Source of the DNA: Syntrophales bacterium
GTDB lineage: Bacteria > Desulfobacterota > Syntrophia > Syntrophales > UBA2210
Reading direction: 5' to 3'
Length of the DNA stretch: 64,000 nt
NCBI GenBank assembly: GCA_963664485.1
Contig: OY761459.1
Coordinates: forward strand, 69,275 to 133,274
Made by a program: the position numbers and the translations under genes. Positions 10,612 to 21,707 of the stretch are shown piece by piece (the first letter of the stretch is position 1; every line of letters begins with the position of its first letter). The notes under the pieces were generated by a model, which had not been told where the DNA came from, made no database searches, and worked only from the letters and a program-made list of their open reading frames with translations.

Positions 10612-11445
10612 TTGGCTGAAAGCACAAACGGACTAATTGCCTTTTCAAAGATGTCGGGGCATGGAAACGATTTTATTATCATAGATAACCGTTCCGGTAC
10701 CGTCACCGCAAACTGGAGTGAACGCGCCGCCGCGTGGTGTAAAAGGCGCACCTCCATCGGGGCTGACGGGCTTATCATAATAGAGCCGGGTACGACCGGC
10801 GATTTCCGGATGCGGATATTCAATGCCGACGGAAGCGAGGCGGAGATGTGCGGAAACGGCGCCCGGTGCGCCGCGGGATTTGCCGTGAGAAAAGGGTTCG
10901 CTAAAAACCGGATGGTCATGGAGACACTGGCGGGAATGGTCGGCGCCTCAGTAAAAGATGAAATGGCGGCCATACAGCTTACAGACCCTTCTTCTCCGAA
11001 AGACAATATCTCCCTGCGCATAGGTGAGGCGACCTTTTACGTTTATTCCATAAACTCCGGAGTTCCTCACGCCATACTGTTCGGTGAAGAGATCGCCGGG
11101 ATGTCGGCGGATGAACTGGTAAAGACCGGACGTGCCGTCAGATTTCACCCGGCATTCGAACCTGCTGGAACAAACGTGGATTTCGTGGAGATCCTGGGCC
11201 CTTCCCATATACGCGTTCGCACATATGAACGAGGAGTGGAGGGAGAAACGCTGGCATGCGGTACGGGAGCTGTGGCATCCGCGATCATAAGCAGCCGGTT
11301 TCACGGCGCCGGAGATCCGCCGATTCAGGTAGAGATGCCCGGCGGAACGCTTATCGTCGATTTTAAAAAAAGTGGCGATTCTTTTAAGGATGTATGGCTC
11401 AGGGGAACGGTCGATTTCATCTACGAGGGAAGAATAGCACTGTAA
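10612..11445 (+). CDS. dapF: Diaminopimelate epimerase
   Basis: FSKMSGHGNDFIIID, catalytic Cys motifs MCGNGARC and ACGTGAVA. TTG start a few nt after AAGGAGA. Confidence 0.9.
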   Translation: MAESTNGLIAFSKMSGHGNDFIIIDNRSGTVTANWSERAAAWCKRRTSIGADGLIIIEPGTTGDFRMRIFNADGSEAEMCGNGARCAAGFAVRKGFAKNRMVMETLAGMVGASVKDEMAAIQLTDPSSPKDNISLRIGEATFYVYSINSGVPHAILFGEEIAGMSADELVKTGRAVRFHPAFEPAGTNVDFVEILGPSHIRVRTYERGVEGETLACGTGAVASAIISSRFHGAGDPPIQVEMPGGTLIVDFKKSGDSFKDVWLRGTVDFIYEGRIAL

Positions 11446-11467
11446 CAAGACAAATATAAAACCTGAT

Positions 11468-13012
11468 ATGGGACATGATATGGAAGAAATTGTTGTTGTT
11501 CTTGATTTCGGCTCACAGTATGCGCAGCTTATCGCGAGACGCATACGTGAACTGGGCGTTTACTGCGAGATAGTGAGGCATGATATCTCAGAGGAAGAGG
11601 TATCGAAACTGGGACCCGCCGCGATCGTACTTTCCGGCGGTCCTTCATCCGTTTTCCAACAGGGTCACCCCAGGCTGGACCGACGCATACTGAAAATGGG
11701 AATTCCCGTTCTGGGCATATGTTACGGAATGCAATTGATCGCCGAAATAATGGGCGGAAAGGTAGAGAAGGGAAAGGGAGGAGAATACGGACCCGCCCGG
11801 ATAAAAGTGGAAGAATCTGCCGGGATATTCAAGGACATGCCCTCGGGTCTCGATGTCTGGATGAGTCACGGAGACCATGTGACGACTCTCCCCGAAGGGT
11901 TTCGTATAATGGCAGGGACCCCTTCATGCCCGATATCGGCGATGGCCTCCGGTACAATATACGGGATTCAGTTCCATCCCGAAGTGATCCATACACCGAG
12001 AGGCGCCGACATCATCCGAAACTTCCTGTTCAACGTCGCCGCATGCAGCGGTGAATGGACAATGGGTAAATTCGTAGACGAATCGGTAGAAAAGATCAAG
12101 ACCATCGTGGGAAATCATAACGTCATCTGCGGCCTTTCGGGCGGAGTGGATTCTTCGGTTACGGCGGCACTTATACACCGGGCCATAGGGGATCAGATGA
12201 AGGCGATCTTCGTGGACAACGGGCTCCTCAGGGAAGGAGAAGTCGAGGGAATACGCCACATGTTTACCCACGATTACCCCCTCAATTTTCGAATCGTGGA
12301 CGCGGCCGATCTGTTTATCGACGAACTTAAGGGTGTAGTCGATCCCGAAACTAAACGCAAGATTATCGGGAAAACCTTCATCGACGTATTTTACGAAGCC
12401 GCATCCGATGAACAGGGCGCGAAATTTCTTGCACAGGGTACACTCTACCCTGATATTATAGAAAGCCGGTCGGCATTCGGAGGACCTTCCTCCACCATAA
12501 AGAGTCATCATAACGTGGGAGGATTACCGGAAGATCTCAACTTCGAACTGCTCGAACCCCTTAAAGAACTTTTCAAAGACGAAGTAAGGCTCCTCGGAAA
12601 AGAGCTGGGCCTTCCCCCGAAACTTCTTTCCCGCCAGCCATTCCCCGGACCGGGGCTGGGCGTACGCATAATAGGTGAAATCAACAGAGAAGATCTTGCA
12701 ACGCTGAGGGCCGCGGACCTGATCGTGCGGGAAGAAATAGAGCGCTATGACAAGCATAACGAAATATGGCAGTTTTTCGCGGTTCTGCTGCCGGTCAAAA
12801 GCGTCGGGGTCATGGGCGATGAACGTACTTACGCCAACGTGGTGGCACTGAGAGCCGTAACGAGCACGGACGCGATGACGGCGGACTGGGCCAGAATACC
12901 TTACGATGTTCTGGGTTGTATATCCTCGAGGATAATCAACGAAGTAAAGGGTGTGAATCGCGTCGTATACGATATCAGTTCGAAACCGCCGAGTACGATA
13001 GAATGGGAATAG
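11468..13012 (+). CDS. guaA: GMP synthase (glutamine-hydrolysing)
   Basis: GATase domain (GICYGMQ, FHPE), ATP-pyrophosphatase P-loop SGGVDSS, C-terminal PPSTIEWE. Start could also be the ATG at 11480. Confidence 0.93.
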   Translation: MGHDMEEIVVVLDFGSQYAQLIARRIRELGVYCEIVRHDISEEEVSKLGPAAIVLSGGPSSVFQQGHPRLDRRILKMGIPVLGICYGMQLIAEIMGGKVEKGKGGEYGPARIKVEESAGIFKDMPSGLDVWMSHGDHVTTLPEGFRIMAGTPSCPISAMASGTIYGIQFHPEVIHTPRGADIIRNFLFNVAACSGEWTMGKFVDESVEKIKTIVGNHNVICGLSGGVDSSVTAALIHRAIGDQMKAIFVDNGLLREGEVEGIRHMFTHDYPLNFRIVDAADLFIDELKGVVDPETKRKIIGKTFIDVFYEAASDEQGAKFLAQGTLYPDIIESRSAFGGPSSTIKSHHNVGGLPEDLNFELLEPLKELFKDEVRLLGKELGLPPKLLSRQPFPGPGLGVRIIGEINREDLATLRAADLIVREEIERYDKHNEIWQFFAVLLPVKSVGVMGDERTYANVVALRAVTSTDAMTADWARIPYDVLGCISSRIINEVKGVNRVVYDISSKPPSTIEWE

Positions 13013-13091
13013 CGCGATGGCTCTTCATAAACGGCGCCGGCGTCAATAAGACAAATTTTTCTTAAAAACAGATAGTTCGGGAGAACGTGAC

Positions 13092-14249
13092 ATGAATAAA
13101 ATATTTTCTTTTACAGGGGCAGGAAAAATAGTGTTCGGTAACGGAACATTCGAACAACTGGCTGAACACATAAGGAACCTCGGCGGCAAAAAACCGCTGG
13201 TAGTCCTCGACAACAGCCTTTCACTGGCCGGACTCAGGGACAGGGTGTCGGCTTATTTTGAAAAAATGGACATGGATGTAACGGTCTTCGACAAGGTGGC
13301 GGGAGAACCCCCCCTGGAACTGGCCGATGAAGGCGCCGCGGCAGCCGCGAACGGACAGTGTGACACGGTGGTTGGAATCGGCGGGGGAAGCACGATGGAT
13401 GTCGCAAAAGCCGTGGCGGTAATAACGGCCAACAAGGGAAAGGCCAAAGACTATCTCGGCCTTAACAAGGTACCTGGTCCAGGTCTTCCAACAATAATGG
13501 TTCCGACAACCGCCGGTACCGGGAGTGAAGTGACCTTTACCTCCGTTTTCATAAGAAAAGATCTGAACAAGAAAGAAGGGATGAACAGTCCGTATCTGTA
13601 CCCCGATATCGCCCTTCTCGACCCCGAACTGACGCTGACCATTCCGTCGGCTGTCACCGCGACCACCGGTATCGACGCCCTGTGCCACGCCATAGAATCA
13701 TATACCTCGATTATAGCAAGCCCCATGAGCGAGATGGTGTCACTGGAAGCGATCGATCTGATCTCATCGAGCCTCCGGACGTGCGTCCATAACGGATCCG
13801 ACCTGGAAGCGAGGGGGCAGATGCTCCTTGGAAGCTTATACGCTGGATTGGGCCTGGCAAACGCCGGCGTCACGGCCGTTCACTCTCTCTCCTACCCGCT
13901 CGGGGGTGTGTACGGGATCCCGCACGGCCTGGCAAACACACTGCTGCTTCCCGCGGTTATGAATTTCAATCTCCCCGGGGCACTTGAAAAGTTCGCCGTG
14001 ATCGCGGAAGTAATGGGCGAGCCGACAGACGATCTTTCCCTGAACGAAGCCGCGGGTCTCGCCGTCGGCGCGGTAGAGAACCTGATCGACGACTGCGGCA
14101 TATACGACAGCCTGGAGACACTCGGCATAAAGGAAGAAGATTTCCCGAAGCTGGCGGAAGCCGCTATGACCGTAGCCAGGCCGCTCGCAAACAACCCGTG
14201 TAAAGTAACAAAAGAAGACGCTATAGCGATATACAACGACGCATACTAG
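13092..14249 (+). CDS. Iron-containing (group III) alcohol dehydrogenase family protein
   Basis: 385 aa with GIGGGSTMDVAKA and downstream His-rich metal-site region (CHAIESY, VHSLSYPLGG..PHG) typical of Fe-ADH. Confidence 0.8.
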   Translation: MNKIFSFTGAGKIVFGNGTFEQLAEHIRNLGGKKPLVVLDNSLSLAGLRDRVSAYFEKMDMDVTVFDKVAGEPPLELADEGAAAAANGQCDTVVGIGGGSTMDVAKAVAVITANKGKAKDYLGLNKVPGPGLPTIMVPTTAGTGSEVTFTSVFIRKDLNKKEGMNSPYLYPDIALLDPELTLTIPSAVTATTGIDALCHAIESYTSIIASPMSEMVSLEAIDLISSSLRTCVHNGSDLEARGQMLLGSLYAGLGLANAGVTAVHSLSYPLGGVYGIPHGLANTLLLPAVMNFNLPGALEKFAVIAEVMGEPTDDLSLNEAAGLAVGAVENLIDDCGIYDSLETLGIKEEDFPKLAEAAMTVARPLANNPCKVTKEDAIAIYNDAY

Positions 14250-14274
14250 ATAAAAGAAAGCCGGAGGCAACAAG

Positions 14275-15477
14275 ATGGCAGGATCTGAACTGATCGGAAA
14301 AGAAGAAGCAAAGGAAGTAATGGACATACTGGAGACCGGGATCTTCATGCGTTACGGATTTGACACGGAGAGAAAGGGAGTATTCAAGGTACGGGAATTC
14401 GAAAAGGCATTCGCGGAATACCTGGGCGTAGGCTATACCCTAGGCGTAACCTCCGGTTCGGCTGCGCTGAAGGTCGCATTGACGGCAATGGATGTAGGGC
14501 CGGGAGACGAAGTCATCGCACCGGCATTCGACTTTATCGCAACCTACGAAGCTATACTGGAAGTGGGCGCGATACCGGTCATGGGTGACATAGATGATTC
14601 GCTTAATCTGGACCCCGACGACATCGAATCGAAGATAACGCCTTACACGAAATGCGTGATCCCGGTTCACATGTGCGGAGCGGCCGCGCGAATCGACAAG
14701 ATCATCGAGGTCGCGAAGAAACATAACCTGCTCGTTCTCGAGGACAACGCGCAGGCATGCGGCGGAAGTTACCACGGGAAAAAACTGGGGACATTTGCCG
14801 AGATGGGAATTCTGAGTTTCGATTACTACAAGACAATGACCACCGGCGAGGGAGGAATGGTTCTGACGAACAGCAAGGAACTCTATAACCGGTCGGACTG
14901 GTATCACGACCACGGACATGACCATAACCCTGCCGTCGGCAGAGGAGAGGAAGGAAGATCTTTTCTCGGATTCAACTTCCGCATGAATGAATTCCAGGGA
15001 GCGGTCGGACTGGCACAGCTGAGGAAACTGGACTACATAATCGAAGAGCAGCGGAAAAATAAGGCGGTTCTTAAGAATGCCCTGGGCGAAGTCAAGGGAA
15101 TCGGTTTCAGAAAGCTGTTCGACCCCGACGGCGATACCGCTACTTTCCTGGGATTCAACCTTCCGGACGAAGAAACCGCGAAGAGGTTCCAGAAGCTGCT
15201 ATCTTCCAAAGGCGTAAACACTATATATTACAGAGATAACGCCTGGCATTACGCCCCCAGATGGGAGCACCTCATTGCCCGTGCAACCGCCAATTCTCAG
15301 CGGTTCCCCTTCACCAACCCCGTGTACAAGGGGAAGGTCGAATACCGGGTGGAAGACATCCCCCGCTCGGAAGCCGTCATGAGCAGGACACTTTTCATGA
15401 TAATGCCGGTCAGGATGACCGGAGAGAAAATGAATAAGACGACAGACGCAATACAGGAGGCGGCGAAAGAACTGTAA
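14275..15477 (+). CDS. DegT/DnrJ/EryC1/StrS-family PLP-dependent aminotransferase-like enzyme
   Basis: 400 aa; GSAALKVALTAMDVGPGDEVI and PLP-lysine region SFDYYKTMTTGEGGMV. Adjacent to kdsB (cell-envelope sugar context). Confidence 0.75.
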   Translation: MAGSELIGKEEAKEVMDILETGIFMRYGFDTERKGVFKVREFEKAFAEYLGVGYTLGVTSGSAALKVALTAMDVGPGDEVIAPAFDFIATYEAILEVGAIPVMGDIDDSLNLDPDDIESKITPYTKCVIPVHMCGAAARIDKIIEVAKKHNLLVLEDNAQACGGSYHGKKLGTFAEMGILSFDYYKTMTTGEGGMVLTNSKELYNRSDWYHDHGHDHNPAVGRGEEGRSFLGFNFRMNEFQGAVGLAQLRKLDYIIEEQRKNKAVLKNALGEVKGIGFRKLFDPDGDTATFLGFNLPDEETAKRFQKLLSSKGVNTIYYRDNAWHYAPRWEHLIARATANSQRFPFTNPVYKGKVEYRVEDIPRSEAVMSRTLFMIMPVRMTGEKMNKTTDAIQEAAKEL

Positions 15478-15498
15478 GATCGCCGTATTGAAGAAACC

Positions 15499-16251
15499 GT
15501 GCCGAACGTAATATGTATCATACCCGCCAGATGGGGCTCGTCCCGTTTTGAAGGCAAGCCTCTGGCGGATATCTGCGGCAAACCCATGATACAGCATGTC
15601 TACGAAAAGGCGGCCGGTATCGAAATGGTATCTTACGTCGCGGTGGCCACCGACGACAAGCGTATATTCGACAGCGTAAACGGGTTCGGAGGAAGGGCAG
15701 TCATGACATCCCGGCGTCACCGCTCCGGAACCGACAGGATTGCGGAAGCCACGGAAAATCTCGGTCTTGAAGATTCGGATATAGTCGTGAACATACAGGG
15801 AGATCAGCCGCTTTTTGTGCCGATCCAGATAGAAGAGGTGGCCCGGCCCCTTATCGACGATACCTCACTGGATTTTTCCACCCTGATATACAGGATACAA
15901 CGGGAAGAGGAGATTCATCATCCGAACGCCGTCAAGGTTGCCTTCGACAGGGACCATTTCGCCCTCTATTTCTCGCGCTCCACGATCCCCTACGACCGGG
16001 ACTGCAGGGAACCGGTATCATATTATAAACACCACGGCATCTACGGGTATCGCCGGTCGTTCCTGCGAGTATTCGCCTCCCTCGAAACAGGGGTGCTGGA
16101 GAGAATAGAGGCCCTCGAACAACTCCGGGCGCTGGAAAACGGTTACAGGATAAAGGTCGTCGAAACCCCTCACGACTCCGTCGAGGTGGACACCCCCGAA
16201 GAACTCGAACGGGTGAGGACAATAATAAGAAACGGTCGGCAAAACACTTAG
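15499..16251 (+). CDS. kdsB: 3-deoxy-manno-octulosonate cytidylyltransferase (CMP-KDO synthetase)
   Basis: IIPARWGSSRFEGKPLADICGKPMIQHVYE and NIQGDQPL motifs; GTG start. Confidence 0.87.
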   Translation: MPNVICIIPARWGSSRFEGKPLADICGKPMIQHVYEKAAGIEMVSYVAVATDDKRIFDSVNGFGGRAVMTSRRHRSGTDRIAEATENLGLEDSDIVVNIQGDQPLFVPIQIEEVARPLIDDTSLDFSTLIYRIQREEEIHHPNAVKVAFDRDHFALYFSRSTIPYDRDCREPVSYYKHHGIYGYRRSFLRVFASLETGVLERIEALEQLRALENGYRIKVVETPHDSVEVDTPEELERVRTIIRNGRQNT

Positions 16252-16341
16252 ATTGCAATCCTCTGCCGAAAACAGCTTGAACGCAATCAGTCTGTCGACC
16301 GTCGGCGGATTGCGGCAGAATTCTTTCAGTAATCCGGGAAT

Positions 16342-16371
16342 TTGACATATCTTTTTGTGAATGTGTATGAT
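16342..16371 (+). promoter_or_regulatory. Candidate sigma70-type promoter for the aldehyde:ferredoxin oxidoreductase gene
   Basis: Consensus TTGACA (16342-16347), 18-nt spacer, TATGAT (16366-16371), about 60 nt upstream of the ATG at 16433. Confidence 0.4.
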
Positions 16372-16432
16372 AGGCATCGTAACGCGGATGTTTACATTAA
16401 CATAATCACAAACCATTCAAAGGAAACAGGAA

Positions 16433-18166
16433 ATGAAAGGCTTTTACAATAAAGTGTTGCATATCGACCTCAGCCGGAGATCATTTGAAGAACAACCGGT
16501 CGATGATGAGGTATTCCGGAAACTTCTGGGAGGCAAGGGACTGGCCACGCACCTCCTCCTGGAGAATATAAAAGCGGGGATCGATCCCCTGTCGGAAGAT
16601 AATGTAATTATTTTCCCGACGGGTCCGTGTCACGATACCAGGGTTTTCGGGTCATCCAGACACGCGGTGATCACCAAGTCGCCACTTACCGGCATTTACG
16701 GCGAAGCTTACGGCGGAGGCAATGTCGCGGAACCGCTCAGCATGACCGGTTACGATGCTGTCCTGATCAGGGGAATATCGAGCGAGCCCGTCTATCTGGA
16801 GATTTCCCATCAGAAGGTAGTATTTCACGACGCCTCCCATATCTGGGGCAAAGACACGTACGAAGCCGACGATATCATCCGGCAGGAGCTGGGAATCAAG
16901 AAAGCCGGGGTCATGGTTATCGGACCGGCCGCCGAAAACCTGGTAAAGTTCGGCATAATCGCGAACAACTACTGGAGGTCACTGTCGAGGACCGGCCCGG
17001 GAACCGTCCTGGGCTCGAAGAAAGTCAAGGGAATAGCCGTCTACGGGGATCAGAAGAGAAAAATAGCCGATCCCGATGCACTGGAAACATTCTGGAAGGA
17101 TACAAGAGGAAGAAACAAGGAAAATGCCAGGATAGAGAAGTACCGCGAACAGGGTACCATAATGTCGGTGGAGTTGACTAACAAGGCCGGCGCCTTCCCT
17201 TCAAAGTACTGGTCGAGTGGAACCTATGACAAATGGCGGAATCTAAGTATTGAAGGACTGAAGGAAAAATGCACGTTCAGGGCTTCGGCATGTCCGAAAT
17301 GTTTTATTGCCTGTGGGAATAAAACACAGGTCACCGTGGGCAGGCACGCGGGACTGGAGATCGAGGGTCCGGAGTTTGCAACTATCAACGCCCTCGGCGG
17401 ACAGTGCATGATCGACGACATTACCGAGGTGATCTACCTTAACGACCTGTGCGACAGGCTCGGCATCGATACGGTAAGCGCCGGCAATGTCGCCGCCTTC
17501 GCGATCGAAGCTTCCCACAGAAAATCAATCGGATATAAGCTTGAATACGGCGATGTCGACGGTATAGCCGCCCTGCTGAACCAGGTTGCACGCAGAGAGG
17601 GGATCGGAGAAATCCTGGCTGAAGGTGTACGGCATGCGGCAAAGGAGTGGGGTCTGGAAGACCTGGCCGTTCATGTCAAGGGGCTGGAGATGTCGGATTA
17701 CGAACCCCGCGTTCTTAAGGGGATGGCATTAGCCTATGCCACATCGGACAGGGGGGCATGCAATCTGCGTTCAACCGTCTATTCCCCGGAGCTTTCAGGT
17801 AAGATACCCCCGGAGCAGGTTGAAGGCAAGGCGGAAGCGGTTGTCGACCTGGAGGACCGCCATAACATCTTCGACTCCCTGATACTGTGCAGGTTTTTCC
17901 GGGATCTGTACCTGTGGGAAGAAATGTCGCTGATTATCAGGGCAACGACCGGAATGGAGTTCGATAAGGAGCAGCTGCAGAAGATCGCTTCGAACATTGC
18001 TAACAAGACCAGAGAATTCAATGTTCGTGAAGGAATAACAGCCGCCGACGACACGCTTCCCGAGAGACTCTTCAAGGAGAAACTCGATGACAGCGGTAAA
18101 GGTATTACGAAGGCCGAGTTCGAGAAGATGCGATCCGAGTACTACCAACTGAGAGGCTGGGATTAG
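16433..18166 (+). CDS. aor: Aldehyde:ferredoxin oxidoreductase family (tungstopterin enzyme)
   Basis: 577 aa. N-terminus MKGFYNKVLHIDLS is typical of AOR N-terminal domains; Cys-containing segment ACPKCFIACG; overall AOR-like length and layout. Confidence 0.82.
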   Translation: MKGFYNKVLHIDLSRRSFEEQPVDDEVFRKLLGGKGLATHLLLENIKAGIDPLSEDNVIIFPTGPCHDTRVFGSSRHAVITKSPLTGIYGEAYGGGNVAEPLSMTGYDAVLIRGISSEPVYLEISHQKVVFHDASHIWGKDTYEADDIIRQELGIKKAGVMVIGPAAENLVKFGIIANNYWRSLSRTGPGTVLGSKKVKGIAVYGDQKRKIADPDALETFWKDTRGRNKENARIEKYREQGTIMSVELTNKAGAFPSKYWSSGTYDKWRNLSIEGLKEKCTFRASACPKCFIACGNKTQVTVGRHAGLEIEGPEFATINALGGQCMIDDITEVIYLNDLCDRLGIDTVSAGNVAAFAIEASHRKSIGYKLEYGDVDGIAALLNQVARREGIGEILAEGVRHAAKEWGLEDLAVHVKGLEMSDYEPRVLKGMALAYATSDRGACNLRSTVYSPELSGKIPPEQVEGKAEAVVDLEDRHNIFDSLILCRFFRDLYLWEEMSLIIRATTGMEFDKEQLQKIASNIANKTREFNVREGITAADDTLPERLFKEKLDDSGKGITKAEFEKMRSEYYQLRGWD

Positions 18167-18454
18167 CCGTCGTTCGTTCACCCGTAACCGGGCCGGACGT
18201 AACATATGGTATCAAGAGCGCGCGAAGGCGTGAGAAATAACATATGACTTCGTGTCGTCTTTTTCTCTTGGCTTGATTAAAGTATCTTTCGCCACTCTTG
18301 CAGCAACTCCCGTAACAAGGCAAAAGAACCGACTCGATCCGGGCCAGGGTCCGGGTAGCGCGCTATTGTTTGCAACTTGAGCGGTTATATGATAGAGACG
18401 GCGGAAATCGTATCACCGGATAACGATTCCAGCCGGTGAGCAGGAGGATACGGA

Positions 18455-18742
18455 TTGAAGATAACAAGTAAGGAAGTGGGGTATGTGGCCCATCTCGCCC
18501 GCCTCGACCTGAGCGAGGATGAAAAGACTAAAATGACCTCGCAACTCAACGATATACTGATGTACATGGATATATTGAACAGGGTGGATACCGCGGGAAT
18601 CGAGCCGATGACGCATGCCACTTCGATGGGTAATGTGTTCCGGGATGATGAAGAAAAGAAATCTATAGGCGTCGAAACGGCACTCGCCAACGCACCGGAA
18701 GGGGAGATGGGATTTTTCGGCGTTCCCAAGATCATAGAATAA
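18455..18742 (+). CDS. gatC: Asp/Glu-tRNA amidotransferase subunit C
   Basis: 95 aa, VAHLARLDLSEDE..; TTG start 8 nt after AGGAGG; followed by gatA and gatB. Confidence 0.87.
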   Translation: MKITSKEVGYVAHLARLDLSEDEKTKMTSQLNDILMYMDILNRVDTAGIEPMTHATSMGNVFRDDEEKKSIGVETALANAPEGEMGFFGVPKIIE

Positions 18743-18816
18743 CCGGAAGACCTGTCTGAGAACGGCGACCTGTTCCGAAAAAATCTATTTCCGAATTGAA
18801 ACTGGATTATAAAGAT

Positions 18817-20274
18817 ATGGAATTGAATCAACTGACTATTCATGAACTGCAGAAACGGCTCAGAGATGGAGATACTACATCCGTCGAAATTACCGAGTCC
18901 GTTTACCGTAGGATAGCATCCGTGGAAGAACGGGTGCACTCGTACATAACCCTGACAGAGAAAACCGCTATCGATCAGGCACGCGAAGCCGACAAGCGAA
19001 TACAGGCGGGAAACGGAGAAGCGCTGACGGGCATACCCATAGCACTCAAGGATGTCATGTGCACGCGGGGCATCAGGACAACGTGCGGATCTCGGACCCT
19101 CGAAAATTTCATTCCTCCCTATGACGCCACGGTCATCAGAAAGCTGAAAGACGCCGGCGCGGTATTTGTGGGGAAAACCAATATGGACGAGTTCGCCATG
19201 GGATCCTCGACCGAAACTTCCCGGTTCGGGATCACGAAAAACCCCTGGGATCTCGATCGTATTCCAGGAGGCTCCAGCGGAGGGTCGGCCGCGGCGGTTG
19301 TCGCCGACGAGTGTATAGCCTCCCTGGGCACCGACACAGGCGGTTCGATCAGACAACCCGCGGCCCTGTGCGGTGTTGTCGGTCTGAAACCTACCTATGG
19401 CAGGGTCTCGCGCTTCGGGCTGGTTGCATTCGCCTCTTCCCTGGACCAGATAGGACCTATCACGAAAGATGTCGAAGACTGCGCCATTATGATGAATGCA
19501 ATCGCCGGTCACGACGCCTGCGATTCCACCTCCTTACCCAGGGCTGTCCCCGATTACAGAGACTTTCTTTCCAGGGATATCGGCGGATGGACTGTCGGCA
19601 TCCCTGAGGAATATTTCGTCGAGGGAATCGACCCGGAGATAAGGGCTTCCATAGACACAACCATTAAAACCCTGGAGGGACTCGGCGCCCGTTGTATCGA
19701 CATATCCCTCCCCCATACCGAGTACTGCGTAGCAACTTACTACATCATAGCACCTTCGGAAGCCAGTTCGAACCTGGCCAGGTATGACGGAGTCAGGTAC
19801 GGATTCAGGGCGCCGGGCGGAGAAAACCTCCTGGATATGTATAAAAAGACGCGCTCCGCAGGTTTCGGACCGGAGGTCAAGAGGAGAATAATGATAGGCA
19901 CCTATTCGCTTTCCTCCGGATATTACGACGCCTACTATAAAAAAGCGTCGCAGGTGCGGGCTTTGATCAGAAGCGACTTCGACCATGCGTTCACCGAATG
20001 CGATGTCGTTATTACCCCTACGACACCGACCCCGGCATTCAGGATCGGAGAAAAAATGGACGATCCCCTGCAGATGTATCTCTACGACATATTCACTCTT
20101 TCAACAAACCTGGCGGGTGTACCGGGGATCTCCGTCCCTTGCGGATATACAAAAAGCGGCCTTCCCATAGGGGTTCAGTTCATGGCAAGCCATTTCGACG
20201 AGGGAAAACTGCTTCAGATAGCCTCCGCGTACGAGAAAAATTCAAAAACAGAGACAAGGAGACCCAACTTGTAA
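18817..20274 (+). CDS. gatA: Asp/Glu-tRNA amidotransferase subunit A
   Basis: Amidase signature [11 protein letters not shown] and [14 protein letters not shown] at 18817 ([12 protein letters not shown]) preferred over TTG at 18796. Confidence 0.92.
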   Translation: MELNQLTIHELQKRLRDGDTTSVEITESVYRRIASVEERVHSYITLTEKTAIDQAREADKRIQAGNGEALTGIPIALKDVMCTRGIRTTCGSRTLENFIPPYDATVIRKLKDAGAVFVGKTNMDEFAMGSSTETSRFGITKNPWDLDRIPGGSSGGSAAAVVADECIASLGTDTGGSIRQPAALCGVVGLKPTYGRVSRFGLVAFASSLDQIGPITKDVEDCAIMMNAIAGHDACDSTSLPRAVPDYRDFLSRDIGGWTVGIPEEYFVEGIDPEIRASIDTTIKTLEGLGARCIDISLPHTEYCVATYYIIAPSEASSNLARYDGVRYGFRAPGGENLLDMYKKTRSAGFGPEVKRRIMIGTYSLSSGYYDAYYKKASQVRALIRSDFDHAFTECDVVITPTTPTPAFRIGEKMDDPLQMYLYDIFTLSTNLAGVPGISVPCGYTKSGLPIGVQFMASHFDEGKLLQIASAYEKNSKTETRRPNL

Positions 20275-21707
20275 TGGAATATGAACCGGTTATAGGGCTC
20301 GAGGTACACGCCCAGCTTCTTACCAAAACGAAAATATTCTGCGGATGTTCTACCCGGTTCGGCGAGGAACCGAACAGCAATACCTGTCCCGTATGCCTGG
20401 GGATGCCCGGCGTTCTCCCGGTTCTGAACAAAACGGTGGTAGCATACGCGATTAAGATGGCTATTGCCACCCACTGCACGGTGCACCCCAAAAGCACCTG
20501 GGCACGGAAAAATTATTTCTATCCCGACCTCCCTAAGGGATATCAGATCACACAGTTCGCCCACCCCCTTGCGGAAGGCGGATACGTGGACATAGAAAAG
20601 GACGGCGGGAAAACGCGGATCGGAATTACCCGCATACATATGGAGGAGGATGCGGGCAAATCCATCCATGACGAAACAAGCGGTTTCAGTTACGTCGACC
20701 TGAACAGGGCGGCTGTTCCTCTGATCGAGATCGTCAGTGAACCGGATATGCGCAGCCCGGAAGAAGCGGTTGCTTACCTGAGAAGGTTGCATGAGATCCT
20801 GGTCTATCTCGAGATATGCGACGGCAACATGGAGGAAGGAAGCTTCCGCTGCGATGCAAATATCTCGCTCAGGCCGAAGGGACAAAAGGCGTTCGGCATA
20901 AGGTCGGAACTCAAAAACATGAACTCCTTCCGCAACGTGCAGCGCGCACTCGAATACGAGATAGAGAGACAGGGCGCCGTCCTGGAAGGAGGGGGAACCG
21001 TTATCCAGGAAACAAGGTTGTGGGATGTATCTCAGGGGGCTACCTTTTCGATGAGAGGGAAGGAAGAGGCGCACGACTACAGGTACTTCCCCGAGCCCGA
21101 TCTTGTTCCCGTCGTCATATCCGACGAATGGCGCGAGGAGATAAGGAGCACCCTGCCCGAACTGCCCATGGAAAAGAGAGAACGCTTTATCAAAGAATAC
21201 GGCATTCCTCCCTACGACGCGGGTGTCCTGACGGCAAGCCGCAGTCTCGCGGATTATTATGAAGAGGCTGTGCGTCTCTGCGGAAAACCCAAGATCGCCA
21301 GTAACTGGGTCATGGGCGATTTTCTCGCATTTCTCAACGAAGCTAAGCTGGACGTGGCGGAAAGCCCGGTATCCCCGTCAGCCCTGGCGGAACTGATCGG
21401 TATCATGGAAGATGGAACGATCAGCGGGAAAATCGCCAAAGAGGTTTTCGACGAAATGTGGAAATCGGGGAAAAATCCGAAGAAAATCGTCGAAGAAAAA
21501 GGCCTCATTCAGATCAGCGATACCGGAGAACTGGAAAAGATAGTGGAAGAGGTCCTGGCGGCAAGCAGCAGGCAACTCGAACAGTACAAAAGCGGCAAGA
21601 CGCAGCTTTTCGGTTTCTTCGTAGGACAGACGATGAAAGCTACCGGGGGCAAGGCAAATCCAAAGGTTGTAAACGAGCTGATAAAAAAGAAACTCTCTGA
21701 GCTATGA
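20274..21707 (+). CDS. gatB: Asp/Glu-tRNA amidotransferase subunit B
   Basis: [15 protein letters not shown].., [12 protein letters not shown]; ATG overlaps the gatA TAA by one base (TAATG). The track ORF from 19998 is an upstream run-on. Confidence 0.92.
   Translation: MEYEPVIGLEVHAQLLTKTKIFCGCSTRFGEEPNSNTCPVCLGMPGVLPVLNKTVVAYAIKMAIATHCTVHPKSTWARKNYFYPDLPKGYQITQFAHPLAEGGYVDIEKDGGKTRIGITRIHMEEDAGKSIHDETSGFSYVDLNRAAVPLIEIVSEPDMRSPEEAVAYLRRLHEILVYLEICDGNMEEGSFRCDANISLRPKGQKAFGIRSELKNMNSFRNVQRALEYEIERQGAVLEGGGTVIQETRLWDVSQGATFSMRGKEEAHDYRYFPEPDLVPVVISDEWREEIRSTLPELPMEKRERFIKEYGIPPYDAGVLTASRSLADYYEEAVRLCGKPKIASNWVMGDFLAFLNEAKLDVAESPVSPSALAELIGIMEDGTISGKIAKEVFDEMWKSGKNPKKIVEEKGLIQISDTGELEKIVEEVLAASSRQLEQYKSGKTQLFGFFVGQTMKATGGKANPKVVNELIKKKLSEL

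Noticed and set aside
18385-19512. 375-aa minus-strand ORF overlapping gatC and gatA
   Set aside because: It is antisense to two strongly conserved genes, is Arg/Gly/Ser-rich, and has no recognisable motifs.
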